Source of the DNA: Nemertoderma westbladi
Lineage: Eukaryota > Animalia > Xenacoelomorpha
Direction: 5' to 3'
DNA length: 64,000 nucleotides
Assembly: GCA_032718475.1 (NCBI GenBank)
Contig: JAUCBJ010008839.1
Span: forward strand, 33,049-97,048
Shown: in pieces, positions 40,091 to 55,062 of the stretch
Position numbering within the stretch: the stretch's first letter is position 1
How the letters are laid out: each line of letters starts with the position of its first letter
The notes under the pieces: model-generated
What the model saw: only the letters and a program-made list of their open reading frames with translations
Databases searched by the model: none
Told to the model about the DNA's origin: nothing
Translations under genes and position numbers: made by a program

Positions 40091-40979
40091 GTAAGTAACA
40101 TGCGAAGTTAATTTATTAATATTATTTTATTTGAAAATTGAATGTAACTCTGTTGTACAACCTAATGCGGTACATGTAGAACCACAGGCTGTGGTACAAC
40201 TGTATGAGACGGGTGGGACACTGACAGTGTAGGGTCTTTTTATAGATATTTGGTGGTGATTGCTTCTAGAAGTCTCTTGAGCCCAGCGATACAATACTTT
40301 TTTTATTTAATAACATTATTTTCTTGTGATGTGCGGATGATTAACAATTTCACTCATATACTGTATGTGTACCGGTAATGATTAAATCCTGCTTGATAAG
40401 CTAATTAAATTTCTCATTTTGATTAAATATATGAATTATTTATATGTGATGTTAATTTATTCATAAAATCTCAATGATTTTGTTGATTTTTTACTTTTAA
40501 TTCGACCGCGCCAAGGAGAAATTAATTACCAGCATACCAAGATAAACTGCCGTAATCAAAATGTATTCATTTTTTACGAGTTGTGATCATTTAAACTTCC
40601 ATTTTTAAATAATGATGAATTAAAAATTTACATTGAATTTTTTTTTATGCGAAAACTTTCACATTCATATTTACCCCCGGCGGAAATACATTGTCATTGC
40701 CAACGGTTTTGCCAAACTCCTTGCTACCCCATTGTTGTCTAATATTGTTACATCCCGCCACACATAGATTGGTTTTCCTATATCCTGGGTTATTAGCTTT
40801 TATACGACTAATATTAGTCATTATGTAAGTCATACAGAATGTGATTGAGGTTTATGAATTAGATGCTATTATAAATAAAGTCATAAGACATGTATATCTC
40901 AAGTTATTTTATATTATTATACAGTATATAATTACCATTGTAGACCTATTTTGAATTGTGTTAATTAACTAATCCGCAG

Positions 40980-41183
40980 ATGGGAATAGTAGCTCACGAA
41001 ATAGGTCATGCCCTAGGATTCGTCCACGAACAGATGAGGCCTGACAGGGACAACTACGTCAAGGTCGTTTGGGACAACATCAAAGACAACATGACTGGTA
41101 ATTTCCAAAAACTTCGACGTGGAGTTGTAGGGACTTTTAATGTTGAGTACGATCTCGGGAGTCTAATGCATTACGGCGAAAAG
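40980..41183 (+). CDS. Astacin exon 7 (zinc-binding site and Met-turn)
   Basis: HEIGHALGFVHEQMRPDRDNYV (HEXXHXXGXXHE..RXDRD) and YDLGSLMHYG; ccgcag| ... aag|gtaacg, phase 0-0. Confidence 0.97.
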
Positions 41184-41722
41184 GTAACGGACTAACTCTC
41201 TAACTAGTTTACATACTGGTAAAAGTAACGGACTAACTCTCTAACTAGTTTACATACTGGTAAAGGTAACGGACTAACTCTCTAACTAGTTTACATACTG
41301 GTAAAGGTAACGGACTAACTCTCTAACTAGTTTACATACTGGTAAAGGTAACGGACTAACTCTCTAACTAGTTTACATACTGGTAAAGGTAACGGACTAA
41401 CTCTCTAACTAGTTTACATACTGGTAAAGGTAACGGACTAACTCTCTAACTAGTTTCCATACATACTGGTAAAGGTAACGGACTAACTCTCTAACTAGTT
41501 TACATACTGGTAAAGGTAACGGACTAGTAACTAGTAGTAACTAGTGACTAGTAACGGACTAACTCTCTAACTAGTTTACATACTGGTAAAGGTAACGGAC
41601 TAACTCTCTAACTAGTTTACATACTGGTAAAGGTAACGGACTAACTCTCTAACTAGTTTACATACATACTGGTAAAGGTAACGGACTAACTCTCTAACTA
41701 GTTTACATACTGGTAAAAGTAA
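41180..41722 (+). repeat. 41-bp tandem array starting at the exon 7 splice donor, ~13 copies
   Basis: Unit aaag|gtaacggactaactctctaactagtttacatactggt. Confidence 0.97.
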
Positions 41723-42335
41723 TTAAACATCACGTTCCACTACGGGGATCTACAATATTTCAATTTTCGATTCTCCAATCTTCAAGTCTTATTTCTCGCC
41801 TCTATTATCCTCGCTTACGCGGGGATTTTAAAGTGTAGTTTTCGACTAGGAGTATGCAATTTTATTCGAAAATGGAAATATCTATTTAAAAAATCTTTAT
41901 TTCTTAAAAAACTATTTGTTAAATTTTCAATACCACTGCCCATATGTTATATTAGTATATGTAGTACAGTACAGATATTGATGGTTTTGCTTAGGGCTAC
42001 CTACATGTACCGGTAACGAGTACCGACCATCCTGTATCTCGTTAACATATTGTTTAGACACATCAGTACTGCGAACTACGATTAGCTACGTTATGTATGG
42101 TAGGCCTACCGTTGCACCGGTACAGTATACTGTACTGATGGTCAGTAAAATGAAAATGAAATTAAGTGGTGGTCAACCTATACCTGGTGGGTTCCTATAT
42201 ATATGAAGTAGTTACATAATATATATATTTTAAAATAAAAGTTATTTAATTAATAGGTCTAGAAATATAACTTTATAGAGCCGTGTAATAATGATACTGA
42301 GTACAGTAGACAAATTAATTATATTGGTACTTTAG

Positions 42336-42462
42336 TTTTTCAGCAAAAATGGTGGTCCAACAATACTACCATCTTTAGCAGAGACAAAAGATGCCATGGG
42401 CCAACGAAATTATCTAACATTTACGGATATTAAATTCGCGAATTTAATGTATTCCTGTGGTG
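42336..42462 (+). CDS. Astacin exon 8 (catalytic domain C-terminus)
   Basis: ctttag|FFSKNGGPTILP..MGQRNYLTFTDIKFANLMYSCG|gtgggt, phase 0-1. Confidence 0.93.
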
Positions 42463-42974
42463 GTGGGTTTACTATTTGCGTTGTTCTTAGGCGTTGTTTT
42501 CATGTAGCCAGCCGCATACCTTAGTTATTGTTAATAATAAATATAATGATTATGCAGTGAATATATGGAGATTATATTTAGTGAATAATAATATAATGAT
42601 TTCTTTATTTAATTAAACTTGTGGCAAGTCGGTCTCGATAGTTCATCATTGAAACGGCTTCTCTTTTGCAAATAACAATAGTTTGGGCGAATTTTTAAAG
42701 ATTTTGGTTTAACTAATCGGCTGTTTGGCATAGCCTGACATCAACCTGTCGGTTAAATATGATAAAGTAATTTAGACGACAGTTATTTTTTTGTATTACA
42801 GTATGCGGCAGGCTTTTAATTCCATCTGTGGGGTTGCTTATAATTTTATTTATTTTCACGTCATTGTTCACTTTGTACTGTTCCCATAGCTACTACTTTA
42901 CATACATCATCTGTTCGTGCCTGCTTCAATGCGCTTTTTTTAATTAATTTCAATGTAGTAAGTACAGTTAGACC

Positions 42975-45900
42975 CGTTTAGTGTAGTGTGCAAGTACACT
43001 ATAGTACATACAGTCATACAAGTTCATTTATTAGTGTAGGGTTGCAAATGCACTAGGCCCCTTTTAATTAGTCTAGCATGCAAGTACAATTAATAGGCCC
43101 CATTTAATTAGTGTAGCGTACAAGTACGCTAGGCCCCATTTATCAGTGTAGGGTGCAAGTATACTAGGTCCCACTCAATTAGTGTAGGATGCAAGTACAC
43201 TAGGCCCCTTTTAATTAATCTAGCGTGCAAGTACACTAGGCCCCATTTATTTAGTGTAGGGTGCAAGTACAATTAATAGGCCCCATTATAATTAGTGTAG
43301 GGTGCAAGTACACTAGGCCCCTTTTAATTAGTCTAGCGTACAAGTACAATTAATAGGCCCCATTTAATTATTGTAGCGTACAAGTACACTAGGCCTCATT
43401 TATTAGTGTAGCATGCAAGTATACTAGGTCCTATTTAATTAGTGTAGGGTTCAAGTACACTAGGCCCCTTTTAATTAGTCTAGCGTGCAAGTACACTAGG
43501 CCCCATTTATTTAGTGTAGGGTGCAAGTACAATTAATTGGCTCCATTTAATTAGTGTAGGGTGCAAGTACACTAGGCCCCTTTTAATTAGTCTAGCGTGC
43601 AAGTACAATTAATAGGCCCCATTTAATTAGTGTAGCGTACAAGTACTCTAGGCCCCATTTATTAGTGTAGCGTACAAGTACACTAGGCCCCATTTATTAG
43701 TGTAGCATGGAAGTACACTAGGCCTCATTTATTAGTGTAGGGTGCAAGTATACTAGGTCCTATTTAATTAGTGTAGGGTTCAAGTACACTAGGCCCCTTT
43801 TAATTAGTCTAGCGTGCAAGTACACTAGGCCCCATTTATTTAGTGTAGGGTGCAAGTACAATTAATAGGCACCATTTAATTAGTGTAGCGTGCAAGTACA
43901 CTAGACCCCATTTATTAGTGTAGGGTGCAAGTATACTAGGTCCTACTCAATTAGTGTAGGGTGCAAGTATACTAGGTCCTATTTATTTAATGAAGGGTGC
44001 AAGTACAATTAATAGGCCCCATTTAATTAGTGTAGCGTGCAAGTACACTAGGCCCCATATATTTAGTGTACGGTGCAAGTACAATTAATAGGCACCATTT
44101 AATTAGTGTAGTGTGCAAGTACACTAGGCCCCATTTATTAGTATAGGGTGCAAGTATACTTGGTCCCACTCAATTAGTGTAGCGTGCAAGTACACTAGGC
44201 CCCATTTATTAGTGTAGGGTGCAAGTATACTAGGTCCCATTTCATTAGTGTAGGGTGCAAGTATACTAGGTCCTATTTATTTAATGTAGGGTGCAAGTAC
44301 AATTAATAGGCCCCATTTAATTAGTGTAGCGTGCAAGTACACTAGGCCCCATATATTTAGTGTAGGGTGCAAGTACAATTAATAGGCCCCATTTAATTAG
44401 TGTAGCGTGCAAGTACACTAGGCCCCATTTATTAGTATAGGGTGCAAGTATACTAGGTCCCACTCAATTAGTGTAGCGTGCAAGTACACTAGGCCCCATT
44501 TATTAGTGTAGGGTGCAAGTATACTAGGTCCCATTTCATTAGTGTAGGGTGCAAGTATACTAGGTCCCATTTCATTAGTGTAGGGTGCAAGTATACTAGG
44601 TCCCACTTAATTAGTGTAGGGTTCAAGTACACTAGGCCCCATTTATTAGTGTAGAGTGCAAGTATACTTGGTCCTATTTAATTAGTGTAGGGTGCAAGTA
44701 CACTAGGCCCAATTTATTTAGTGTAGGGTGCAAGTACAATTCATATGCCCCATTTAATTAGTGTAGCGTGCAAGTACACTAGGTCCCATTTATTAGTGTA
44801 GCGTGCAAGTACACTAGGCCTCATTTATTAGTGTAGGGTGCAAGTATAGTAGGTCCCATTTAATTAGTGCAGGGTTCAAATACACGAGGCCCCTTTTAAT
44901 TAGTGTAGGGTGCAAGTACAATTAATAGGCCCCATTTAATTACTGTAGCGTGCAAGTACACTAGGCACCATTTATTAGTGTAGGGTGCAAGTATACTAGG
45001 TCCCACTCTATTAGGGTAGGGTGCAAGTATACTAGGTCCCATTTAATTAGTATAGGGCGCAAGTACAATTAATAGGGCCCATTTAATTAGTGTAGCGGGC
45101 AAGTACATAAGGCCCCATATATTTAGTGTAGGGTGCAAGTACAATTAATAGGCCCCATTTAATTAGTGTAGCGTGCAAGTATACTAGGTCACACTCAATT
45201 AGTGTAGCGTGCAGTACACTAGGCCCCATTTATTAGTGTAGGGTGCAAGTACACTAGGTCCCATTTAATTCGTGTAGGGTTCAAGTACACTAGGCCTCTT
45301 TTAATTAGTCTAGCGTGCAAGTACACTAGGCCCCATTTATTTAGTATAGGGTGCAAGTACAATTAATAGGCCCTATTTAATTAGTGTAGCGTGCAAGTAC
45401 ACTAGGCCCCTTTTATAAGTGTAGGGTGCAAGTATACTAGGTCCCACTCAATTAGTGAAGGGTGCAAGTATGCTAGGTCCCATTTATTTAGTGTAGGGTG
45501 CAAGTACAGTTAATAGGCCCCATTTAATTAGTGTAGCGTGCCAGTACACTAGGCCCCATTTATTAGTGTAGGGTGCAAGCATACTAGGTCCCACTCAATT
45601 AGTGTAGCGTGCAAGTACACTAGGCCCCATTTATTAGTGTAGGGTGCAAGTATACTAGGTCCCATTTAATTAGTGTCGGGTTCAAGTACACTAGGCCCCT
45701 TTTAATTAGTCTAGCGTGCAAGTACTACTAGGCCCCATTTATTTAGTGTAGCGTGCAAGTACAATTAATAGGCCCCATTTAATTAGTGTAGGGTGCAAGT
45801 ACACTAGGCCCCTTTTAATTAGTCTAGCGTGCAAGTACACTAGGCCCCATTTATTTAGTGTAGGGTGCAAGTACAATTAATAGGCCCCATTTATTAGTGT

Positions 45901-48900
45901 AGCGTGCAGGTACACTAGGCCCCATTTATTAGTGCAGCGTGCAAGTACACTAGGCCCCATTTAATTAGTGTAGGGTGCAAGTAAACTAGGTCCCATTGAT
46001 TAGTGTAGCGAGCAAGTACACTAGGCCCCATGTATTAGTGTAGCGTGCAAGTACACTAGGCCCCATTTATTAGTGTAGGGTGCACGTACACTAGGTCCCA
46101 TTTATTAGTGTAGGGTGCAAGTACACTAGGTCCCATTTATTAGTGTAGGGTGCAAGTATACTAGGTCCCATTTAATTAGTGTAGGGTTCAAGTACACTAG
46201 GCCCCTTTTAATTAGTCTAGCGTGCAAGTACTCTAGGCCCAATTTATTTAGTGCAGGGTGCAAGTACAATTAATAGGCCCCATTTAATTTGTGTAGTGTG
46301 CAAGTACACTAGGCCCCTTTTAATTAGTCTAGCGTGCAAGTACACTAGGCCCCATTTATTTAGTGTAGGGTGCAAGTACAATTAATAGGCCCCATTTATT
46401 AGTGTAGCGTGCAAGTACACTAGGCCCCATTTATTAGTGCAGCGTGCAAGTACACTAGGCCCCATTTAATTAGTGTAGGGTGCAAGTACACTAGGTCCCA
46501 TTGATTAGTGTAGCGAGCAAGTACACTAGGCCCCATGTATTAGTGTAGCGTGCAAGTACACTAGGCCCCATGTATTAGTGTAGCGTGCAAGTACACTAGG
46601 TCCCATTGATTAGTGTAGCGAGCAAGTACACTAGGCCCCATGTATTAGTGTAGCGTGCAAGTACACTAGGCCCCATTTATTAGTGTAGCGTACAAGTACA
46701 CTAGGCCCCATTTAGTTAGTTTGGGATGCAAGTACACGAGGCCCCATTTAATTAGTGTAGGGTGCAAGTATACTAGGTCCCATTTTTTAGTGTAGGGTGC
46801 AAGTATACTAGGTCCCACTTAATTGGTGTAGGGTTCAAGTACACTAGGCCCCATTTAATTAGTGTAGGGTGCAAGTACACTAGGTCCCATTTATTAGTGT
46901 AGGGTGCAAGTACAATTAATTGGCCCCATTTAATTAGTGTAGCGAGCAAGTACACTAGGCCCCATTTATTAGTGTAGGGTGCAAGTATACTAGGTCCCAC
47001 TTAATTAGTGTAGGGTTCAAGTACAATTAATCGGCCCCATTTAATTAGTGTAGGGTGCAAGTACACTAGGCCCCATTTATTAGTGTAGTGTGCAAGTGCA
47101 CTAGGCCCCATTTAGTTAGTTTGGGGTGCAAGTACACTAGGCCCCATTTAATTAGTGTAGGGTGCAAGTACACTAGGTCCCATTTTTTAGTGTAGGGTGC
47201 AAGTATACTAGGTCCCACTTAATTGGTGTAGGGTTCAAGTACACTAGGCCCCATTTAATTAGTGTAGGGTGCAAGTACACTAGGTCACATTTATTAGTGT
47301 AGGGTGCAAGTACAATTAATCGGCCCCATTTAATTAGTGTAGCGATCAAGTACACTAGGCCCCATTTATTAGTGTAGGGTGCAAGTATACTAGGTCCCAC
47401 TTAATTAGTGTAGGGTGCAAGTACAATTAATAGGCCCCATTTAATTAGTGTAGTGTGCAAGTACACTAGGCCCGTTTTATTAGTGTAGGGTGCAAGTATA
47501 CTAGGTCCCACTGAATTAGTGTAGGGTGCAAGTATGCTAGGTCCCATTTATTAGTGTAGCGTGCAAGTACACTAGGCCCCATTTATTTAGTTTAGGGTGC
47601 AAGTACAATTAATAGGCCCCATTTAATTAGTGTAGCGTGCAAGTACACTAGGCCCCATTTATTAGTGTAGGGTGCAAGTATACTAGGTCCCACTCAATTA
47701 GTGTAGGGTGCAAGTATACTAGGTCCCACTTAATTAGTGTAGGGTTCAAGTACACTAGGCCCCTTTTAATTAGTCTAGCGTGCAAGTACACTAGGCCCCA
47801 TTTATTTAGTGTAGGGTGCAAGTACAATTAATAGGCCCCATTTAATTAGTGTAGTGTGCAAGTACACTAGGCCCCTTTTATTAGTGTAGGGTGCAAGTAT
47901 ACTAGGTCCCACTCAATTAGTGTAGGGTGCAAGTATGCTAGGTCCCATTTATTAGTGTAGCATGCAAGTACACTAGGCCCCATTTATTTAGTGTAGGGTA
48001 CAAGTACAATTAATAGGCCCCATTTAATTAGTGTAGCGTGCAAGTACACTAGGCCCCATTTATTAGTGTAGGGTGCAAGTATACTAGGTCCCACTCAATT
48101 AGTGTAGGGTGCAAGTACACTAGGCCCCATTTATTAGTGTAGGGTGCAACTATACTAGGTCCCATTTAATTGGTGTAGGGTTCAAGTACACTAGGCCCCT
48201 TTTAATTAGTCTAGCGTGCAAGTACACTAGGACCCATTTATTTAGTATAGGGTGCAAGTACAATTAATAGCCCCCATTTAATTAGTGTAGTGTGCAAGTA
48301 CACTAGGCCCCTTTTATTAGTGTAGGGTGCAAGCATACTAGGTCCCACTCAATTAGTGTAGGGTGCAAGTATACTAGGTCCCACTTAATTAGTGTAGGGT
48401 TCAAGTACACTTGGCCCCTTTTAATTAGTCTAGCGTGCAAGTACACTAGGCCCCATTTATTAGTGCAGTGTGCAAGTACTCTAGCCCCTTTTATTAGTGT
48501 AGCGTGCAAGTACACTAGGCCCCATGTATTAGTGTAGCGTGCAAGTACACTAGGCCCCATTTATTTAGTGTAGGGTGCAAGTACAATTAATAGGCCCAAT
48601 TTATTAGTGTAGCGTGCAAGTACACTAGGCCCCATTTATTAGTGCAGCGTGCAAGTACACTAGGCCCCATTTAATTAGTGTAGGGTGCAAGTACACTAGG
48701 TCCCATTTATTAGTGTAGCGAGCAAGTACACTAGGCCCAATGTATTAGTGTAGCGTGTAAGTACACTAGGCCCCATTTATTAGTGTAGGGTGCAAGTCCA
48801 CTAGGTCCCATTTATTAGTGTAGGGTGCACGTACACTAGGTCCCATTTATTAGTGTATGGTGCAAGTACACTAGGTCCCATTTATTAGTGTAGTGCAAGT

Positions 48901-49595
48901 ACACTAGGTCCCATTTATTAGTGTAGCGTGCAAGTACACTAGGCCCCATTTAGTTAGTTTAGGGTGCAAGTACACTAGGCCCCATTTATTAGTGTAGCGT
49001 GCAAGTACACTAGGCCCCATTTGGTTAGTTTGGGGTGCAAGTACACTAGGCCCCATTTAATTAGTGTAGGGTGCAAGTACACTAGGTCCCATTTTTTAGT
49101 GTAGGGTGCAAGTATACTAGGTCCAACTTAATTGGTGTAGGGTTCAAGTACACTAGGCCCCATTTAATTAGTGTAGGGTGCAAGTACACTAGGTCCCATT
49201 TATTAGTGTAGGGTGCAAGTACAATTAATCGGCCCCATTTAATTAGTGTAGCGATCAAGTACACTAGGCCCCAATTATTAATGTAGGGTGCAAGTATACT
49301 AGGTCCCACTTAATTAGTGTAGGGTGCAAGTACAATTAATCGGCCCCATTTAATTAGTGTAGCGAGCAAGTACACTAGGCCCCATTTATTAGTGTAGGGT
49401 GCAAGTATACTAGGTCCCACTTAATTAGTGTAGGGTTCAAGTACACTAGGCCCCATTTATTAGTGTAGGGTGCGAGTACAATAGGCCCCATTTATTAGTG
49501 TAGGGTACAAGCATACTAGGTCCCACTTAATTAGTGTAGGGTGCAAGTACACTAGGCCCCATTTAATTAGTATAGGGTGTGAGTACAGTAGGCCC
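42975..49595. repeat. ~35-40-bp minisatellite, ~180 copies, with higher-order structure
   Basis: Unit tagtgtagggtgcaagtacactaggccccatttat, with an aattaat-insertion variant. Confidence 0.98.
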
Positions 49596-49965
49596 ACGAT
49601 GACGATGACGACAACTAGGCCTATTTGCAGAAATTAACCCACGCCCCTAACAGTGTAATTGCGCCAAGGCTCCTCCAACTTCGTGGCTCGCACCATATAA
49701 ATTACTATAACCAAGAGTCTGTAATTATTATAACTAAAATTGATGATTAATTAATTAATCAACTGCAACCATTTGCGTCTAGTACTTCTCGAAGAACGAC
49801 CAGCCAACACTGGTTCCGTATCAGACCACTGGTGAAGCGGACCAGATGGGCAAACGAACTGGCCTAACATTCTACGACGCTAAAGTAGCCAACCTCATGT
49901 ACCAATGTTCCGGTGGGTGTACGTTTCATTTCAATCTGCACAGCGCACGCGACATCCATCCCTAG

Positions 49966-52900
49966 ACGCATTCACTTATAAACGCACACGCATTTAGTCC
50001 CCTTATTAGCTGCACTCAACATGTAATCGCATTCACTTATAAACGCACACGCATTTAGTCCCCTTATTAGCTGCACTCAACATGTAATCGCATTCACTTA
50101 TAAACGCCCACGCATTTAGTCCCCTTATTAGCTGCACTCAACATGTAATCGCATTCACTTATAAACGCACACGCATTTAGTCCCCTCATTTGCTGCACTC
50201 AATATTTAATAGCATTCACTTATTCACTTATTACTTACTGTACAATACATACCGGTACGCTGTACTTATATTGTTATGATGCATTTCATATATATATAAT
50301 GTACGAAAATAAATTAAAAAAAAAAAATAAACGCACACGCATTTAGTCCCTTATTAGCTGCACTCAACATGTAATCGCATTCACTTATAAACGCACACGC
50401 ATTTAGTCCCCTTATTTGCTGCACTCAACATGTAATCGCATTCACTTATAAACGCACACGCATTTAGTCCCCTTATTAGCTGCACTCAACATGTAATCGC
50501 ATTCACTTATAAACGCACACGCATTTAGTCCCCTTATTTGCTGCACTAAACGCACACGCATTTAGTCCCCTTATTTGCTGCACTCAATATGTAATCGCAT
50601 TTACTTATAAACGCACACGCATTTAGTCCCCTTATTTGCTGCACTCAACATGTAATCGCATTCACTTATAAACGCACACGCATTTAGTCCCCTTATTTGC
50701 TGCACTAAACGCACACGCATTTAGTCCCCTTATTTGCTGCACTCAATATGTAATCGCATTTACTTATAAACGCACACGCATTTAGTCCCCTTATTTGCTG
50801 CACTCAATATGTAATCGCATTTACTTATAAACGCACACGCATTTAGTCCCCTTATTTGCTGCACTAAACGCACACGCATTTAGTCCCCTTATTTGCTGCA
50901 CTCAATATGTAATCGCATTTACTTATAAACGCACACGCATTTAGTCCCCTTATTTGCTGCACTCAATATTTAATAGCATTCACTTATAAACGCACACGCA
51001 TTTAGTCGCCTTGTTTGCTGCACTCAACATGTAATCGCATTCACTTATAAACGCACACGCATTTAGTCCCCTTATTTGCTGCACTAAACGCACACGCATT
51101 TAGTCCCCTTATTTGCTGCACTCAATATGTAATCGCATTTACTTATAAACGCACACGCATTTAGTCCCCTTATTTGCTGCACTCAATATTTAATAGCATT
51201 CACTTATAAACGCACACGCATTTAGTCGCCTTGTTTGCTGCACTCAACATGTAATCGCATTCACTTATAAACGCACACGGATTTAGTCCCCTTATTTGCT
51301 GCACTCAACATTTAATCGCATTCACTTATAAACGCACACGCATTTAGTCCCCTTATTTGCTGCACTAAACGCACACGCATTTAGTCCCCTTATTTGCTGC
51401 ACTCAATATGTAATCGCATTTACTTATAAACGCACACGCATTTAGTCCCCTTATTTGCTGCACTCAATATTTAATAGCATTCACTTATAAACGCACACGC
51501 ATTTAGTCGCCTTGTTTGCTGCACTCAACATGTAATCGCATTCACTTATAAACGCACACGGATTTAGTCCCCTTATTTGCTGCACTCAACATTTAATCGC
51601 ATTCACTTATAAACGCACACGCATTTAGTCCCCTTATTTGCTGCACTAAACGCACACGCATTTAGTCGCCTTGTTTGCTGCACTCAACATGTAATCGCAT
51701 TCACTTATAAACGCACACGGATTTAGTCCCCTTATTTGCTGCACTCAATATGTAATCGCATTCACTTATAAACGCACACGCATTTAGTCCCCTTATTTGC
51801 TGCACTAAACGCACACGCATTTAGTCCCCTTATTTGCTGCACTCAATATGTAATCGCATTTACTTATAAACGCACACGCATTTAGTCCCCTTATTTGCTG
51901 CACTCAATATTTAATAGCATTCACTTATAAACGCACACGCATTTAGTCCCCTTATTTGCTGCACTCAACATTTAATCGCATTCACTTATAAACGCACACG
52001 CATTTAGTCCCCTTATTTGCTGCACTAAACGCACACGCATTTAGTCGCCTTGTTTGCTGCACTCAACATGTAATCGCATTCACTTATAAACGCACACGGA
52101 TTTAGTCCCCTTATTTGCTGCACTCAATATGTAATCGCATTCACTTATAAACGCACACGCATTTAGTCCCCTTATTTGCTGCACTCAACATTTAATCGCA
52201 TTCACTTATAAACGCACACGCATTTAGTCCACTTATTTTCTGCACTCAATATGAAATCGCATTCACTTATAAACGCACACGCATTTAGTCCACTTATTTT
52301 CTGCACTCAACATTTAATAGCATTCACTTATAAACGCCCACGCATTTAGTCCCCTTATTTGCTGCACTCAACATGTAATCGCATTCACTTATAAACGCAC
52401 ACGCATTTAGTCCACTTATTTTCTGCACTCAACATGTAATCGCATTCACTTATAAACGCACACGCATTTAGTCCCCTTATTTGCTGCACTCAATATGAAA
52501 TCGCATTCACTTATAAACGCACACGCATTTAGTCCACTTATTTTCTGCACTCAACATTTAATAGCATTCACTTATAAACGCCCACGCATTTAGTCCCCTT
52601 ATTTGCTGCACTCAACATGTAATCGCATTCACTTATAAACGCACACGCATTTAGTCCCCTTATTTGCTGCACTCAACATGTAATCGCATTCACTTATAAA
52701 CGCACACGCATTTAGTCCACTTATTTTCTGCACTCAACATTTAATAGCATTCACTTATAAACGCCCACGCATTTAGTCCCCTTATTTGCTGCACTAAACG
52801 CACACGTATTTAGTCCACTTATTTTCTGCACTCAACATTTAATAGCATTCACTTATAAACGCCCACGCATTTAGTCCCCTTATTTGCTGCACTCAACATG

Positions 52901-54391
52901 TAATCGCATTCACTTATAAACGCACACGCATTTAGTCCCCTTATTTGCTGCACTCAACATTTAATCGCATTTACTTATAACCGCACACGCATTTAGTCCC
53001 CTTATTTGCTGCACTCAACATTTAATCGCATTCACTTATAAACGCACACGCATTTAGTCCTCTTATTTGCTGCATTCAATATGTAATCGCATTCACTTAT
53101 AAACGCACACGCATTTAGTCCCCTTATTTGCTGCACTCAACATGTAATCGCATTCACTTATAAACGCACACGCATTTAGTCGCCTTATTTGCTGCACTCA
53201 ATATTTACTAGCATTCACTTATAAACGCATACAGTCCGCTTATTTGCTGCACTCAACATGTAATCGCATTCACTTATAAACGCACACGCATTTAGTCGCC
53301 TTATTTGCTGCACTCAACATGTAATCGCATTCACTTATAAACGCACACGCATTTAGTCGCCTTATTTGCTGCACTCAATATTTACTAGCATTCACTTATA
53401 AACGCATACAGTCCGCTTATTTGCTGCACTCAACATGTAATCGCATTCACTTATAAACGCACACGTATTTAGTCGCCTTATTTGCTGCACTCAACATGTA
53501 ATCGCATTCACTTATAAACGCACACGCATTTAGTCGCCTTATTTGCTGCACTCAATATGAAATCTCATTCACTTATAAACGCATACAGTCCGCTTATTTG
53601 CTGCACTCAACATGTAATCGCATTCACTTATAAACGCACACGTATTTAGTCGCCTTATTAGCTGCACTCAACATGTAATCGCATTCACTTATAAACGCAC
53701 ACGCATTTAGTCGCCTTATTTGCTGCACTCAATATGAAATCTCATTCACTTATAAACGCATACATTTCGCTTATTTGCTGCACTCAACATGTAATCGCAT
53801 TCACTTATAAACGCACACGTATTTAGTCGCCTTATTAGCTGCACTCAACATGTAATCGCATTCACTTATAAACGCACACGCATTTAGTCGCCTTATTTGC
53901 TGCACTCAATATGTAATCGCATTCACTTATAAACGCACACGTATTTAGTCGCCTTATTAGCTGCACTCAATATGTAATCGCATTCACTTATAAACGCACA
54001 CGTATTTAGTCGCCTTATTAGCTGCACTCAATATGTAATCGCATTCACTTATAAACGCACACGCATTTAGTCGCCTTATTTGCTGCACTCAATATGTAAT
54101 CGCATTCACTTATAAACGCACACGTATTTAGTCGCCTTATTAGCTGCACTCAATATGTAATCGCATTCACTTATAAACGCACACGTATTTAGTCGCCTTA
54201 TTAGCTGCACTCAATATGTAATCGCATTCACTTATAAACGCACACGTATTTAGTCGCCTTATTAGCTGCACTCAATATGTAATCGCATTCACTTATAAAC
54301 GCACACGCATTTAGTCGCCTTATTTGCTGCACTAAACGCACACGTATTTAGTCGCCTTATTAGCTGCACTCAACATGTAATCGCATTCACT
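49966..54391. repeat. 61-bp minisatellite with an interspersed 38-bp deletion variant, ~75 units
   Basis: Unit aacgcacacgcatttagtccccttatttgctgcactcaacatgtaatcgcattcacttata. Confidence 0.98.
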
Positions 54392-55062
54392 ATTTTCTTT
54401 GTTTTTCTGTACACGCATTAATTACACTAATTTATTTCTCTACACATTTAATTTTCGAATCGTGTTTGTTAACTTGAATCGTATTTCGATTTTCTACACT
54501 GATGTAGCAGCCTCTGCGGTAGTTTTCGTTATTGCTGTTTGGGCCTACCTATATTGTTTGTCGAAGTTAATTAATGTAGTGACGTTAAATGTGGTTGACA
54601 AATCTCTCGACGGTATACCAAAGACTTGCGCTTCATAGTACTGTATTATACAGAATGGCATTTATTTAATTCGCCTTGAATGCATCACCGTATTATTGTC
54701 TTAATACATTGTTATCATCGCATGTTATTGATTTTCGTTTTTTTTTTCAATGTTATTACAACTATTTACTCATTATTCATATTTTGTTGACAGTATCATA
54801 GCAACCGTGAATCACGGAAGTATTCAACTACTGTATAATATGCCATCTTTCTTTTCAACCAAAATACAACCATAATAAAAATGTAATGTTGTAATGTCGG
54901 TAACACAAAATTAATATGAACGGGACATAAGAAATGTTTGGGTAGTTATTATTCTATAGGAATTCTACGCTACTAGTAGTAAAAAATCGAGACCGGGCAA
55001 CAGATCTGTTACCCAGCCCAGGGTCTTGCATACGGTACTTGTTTATACTAGATTTACTCACT

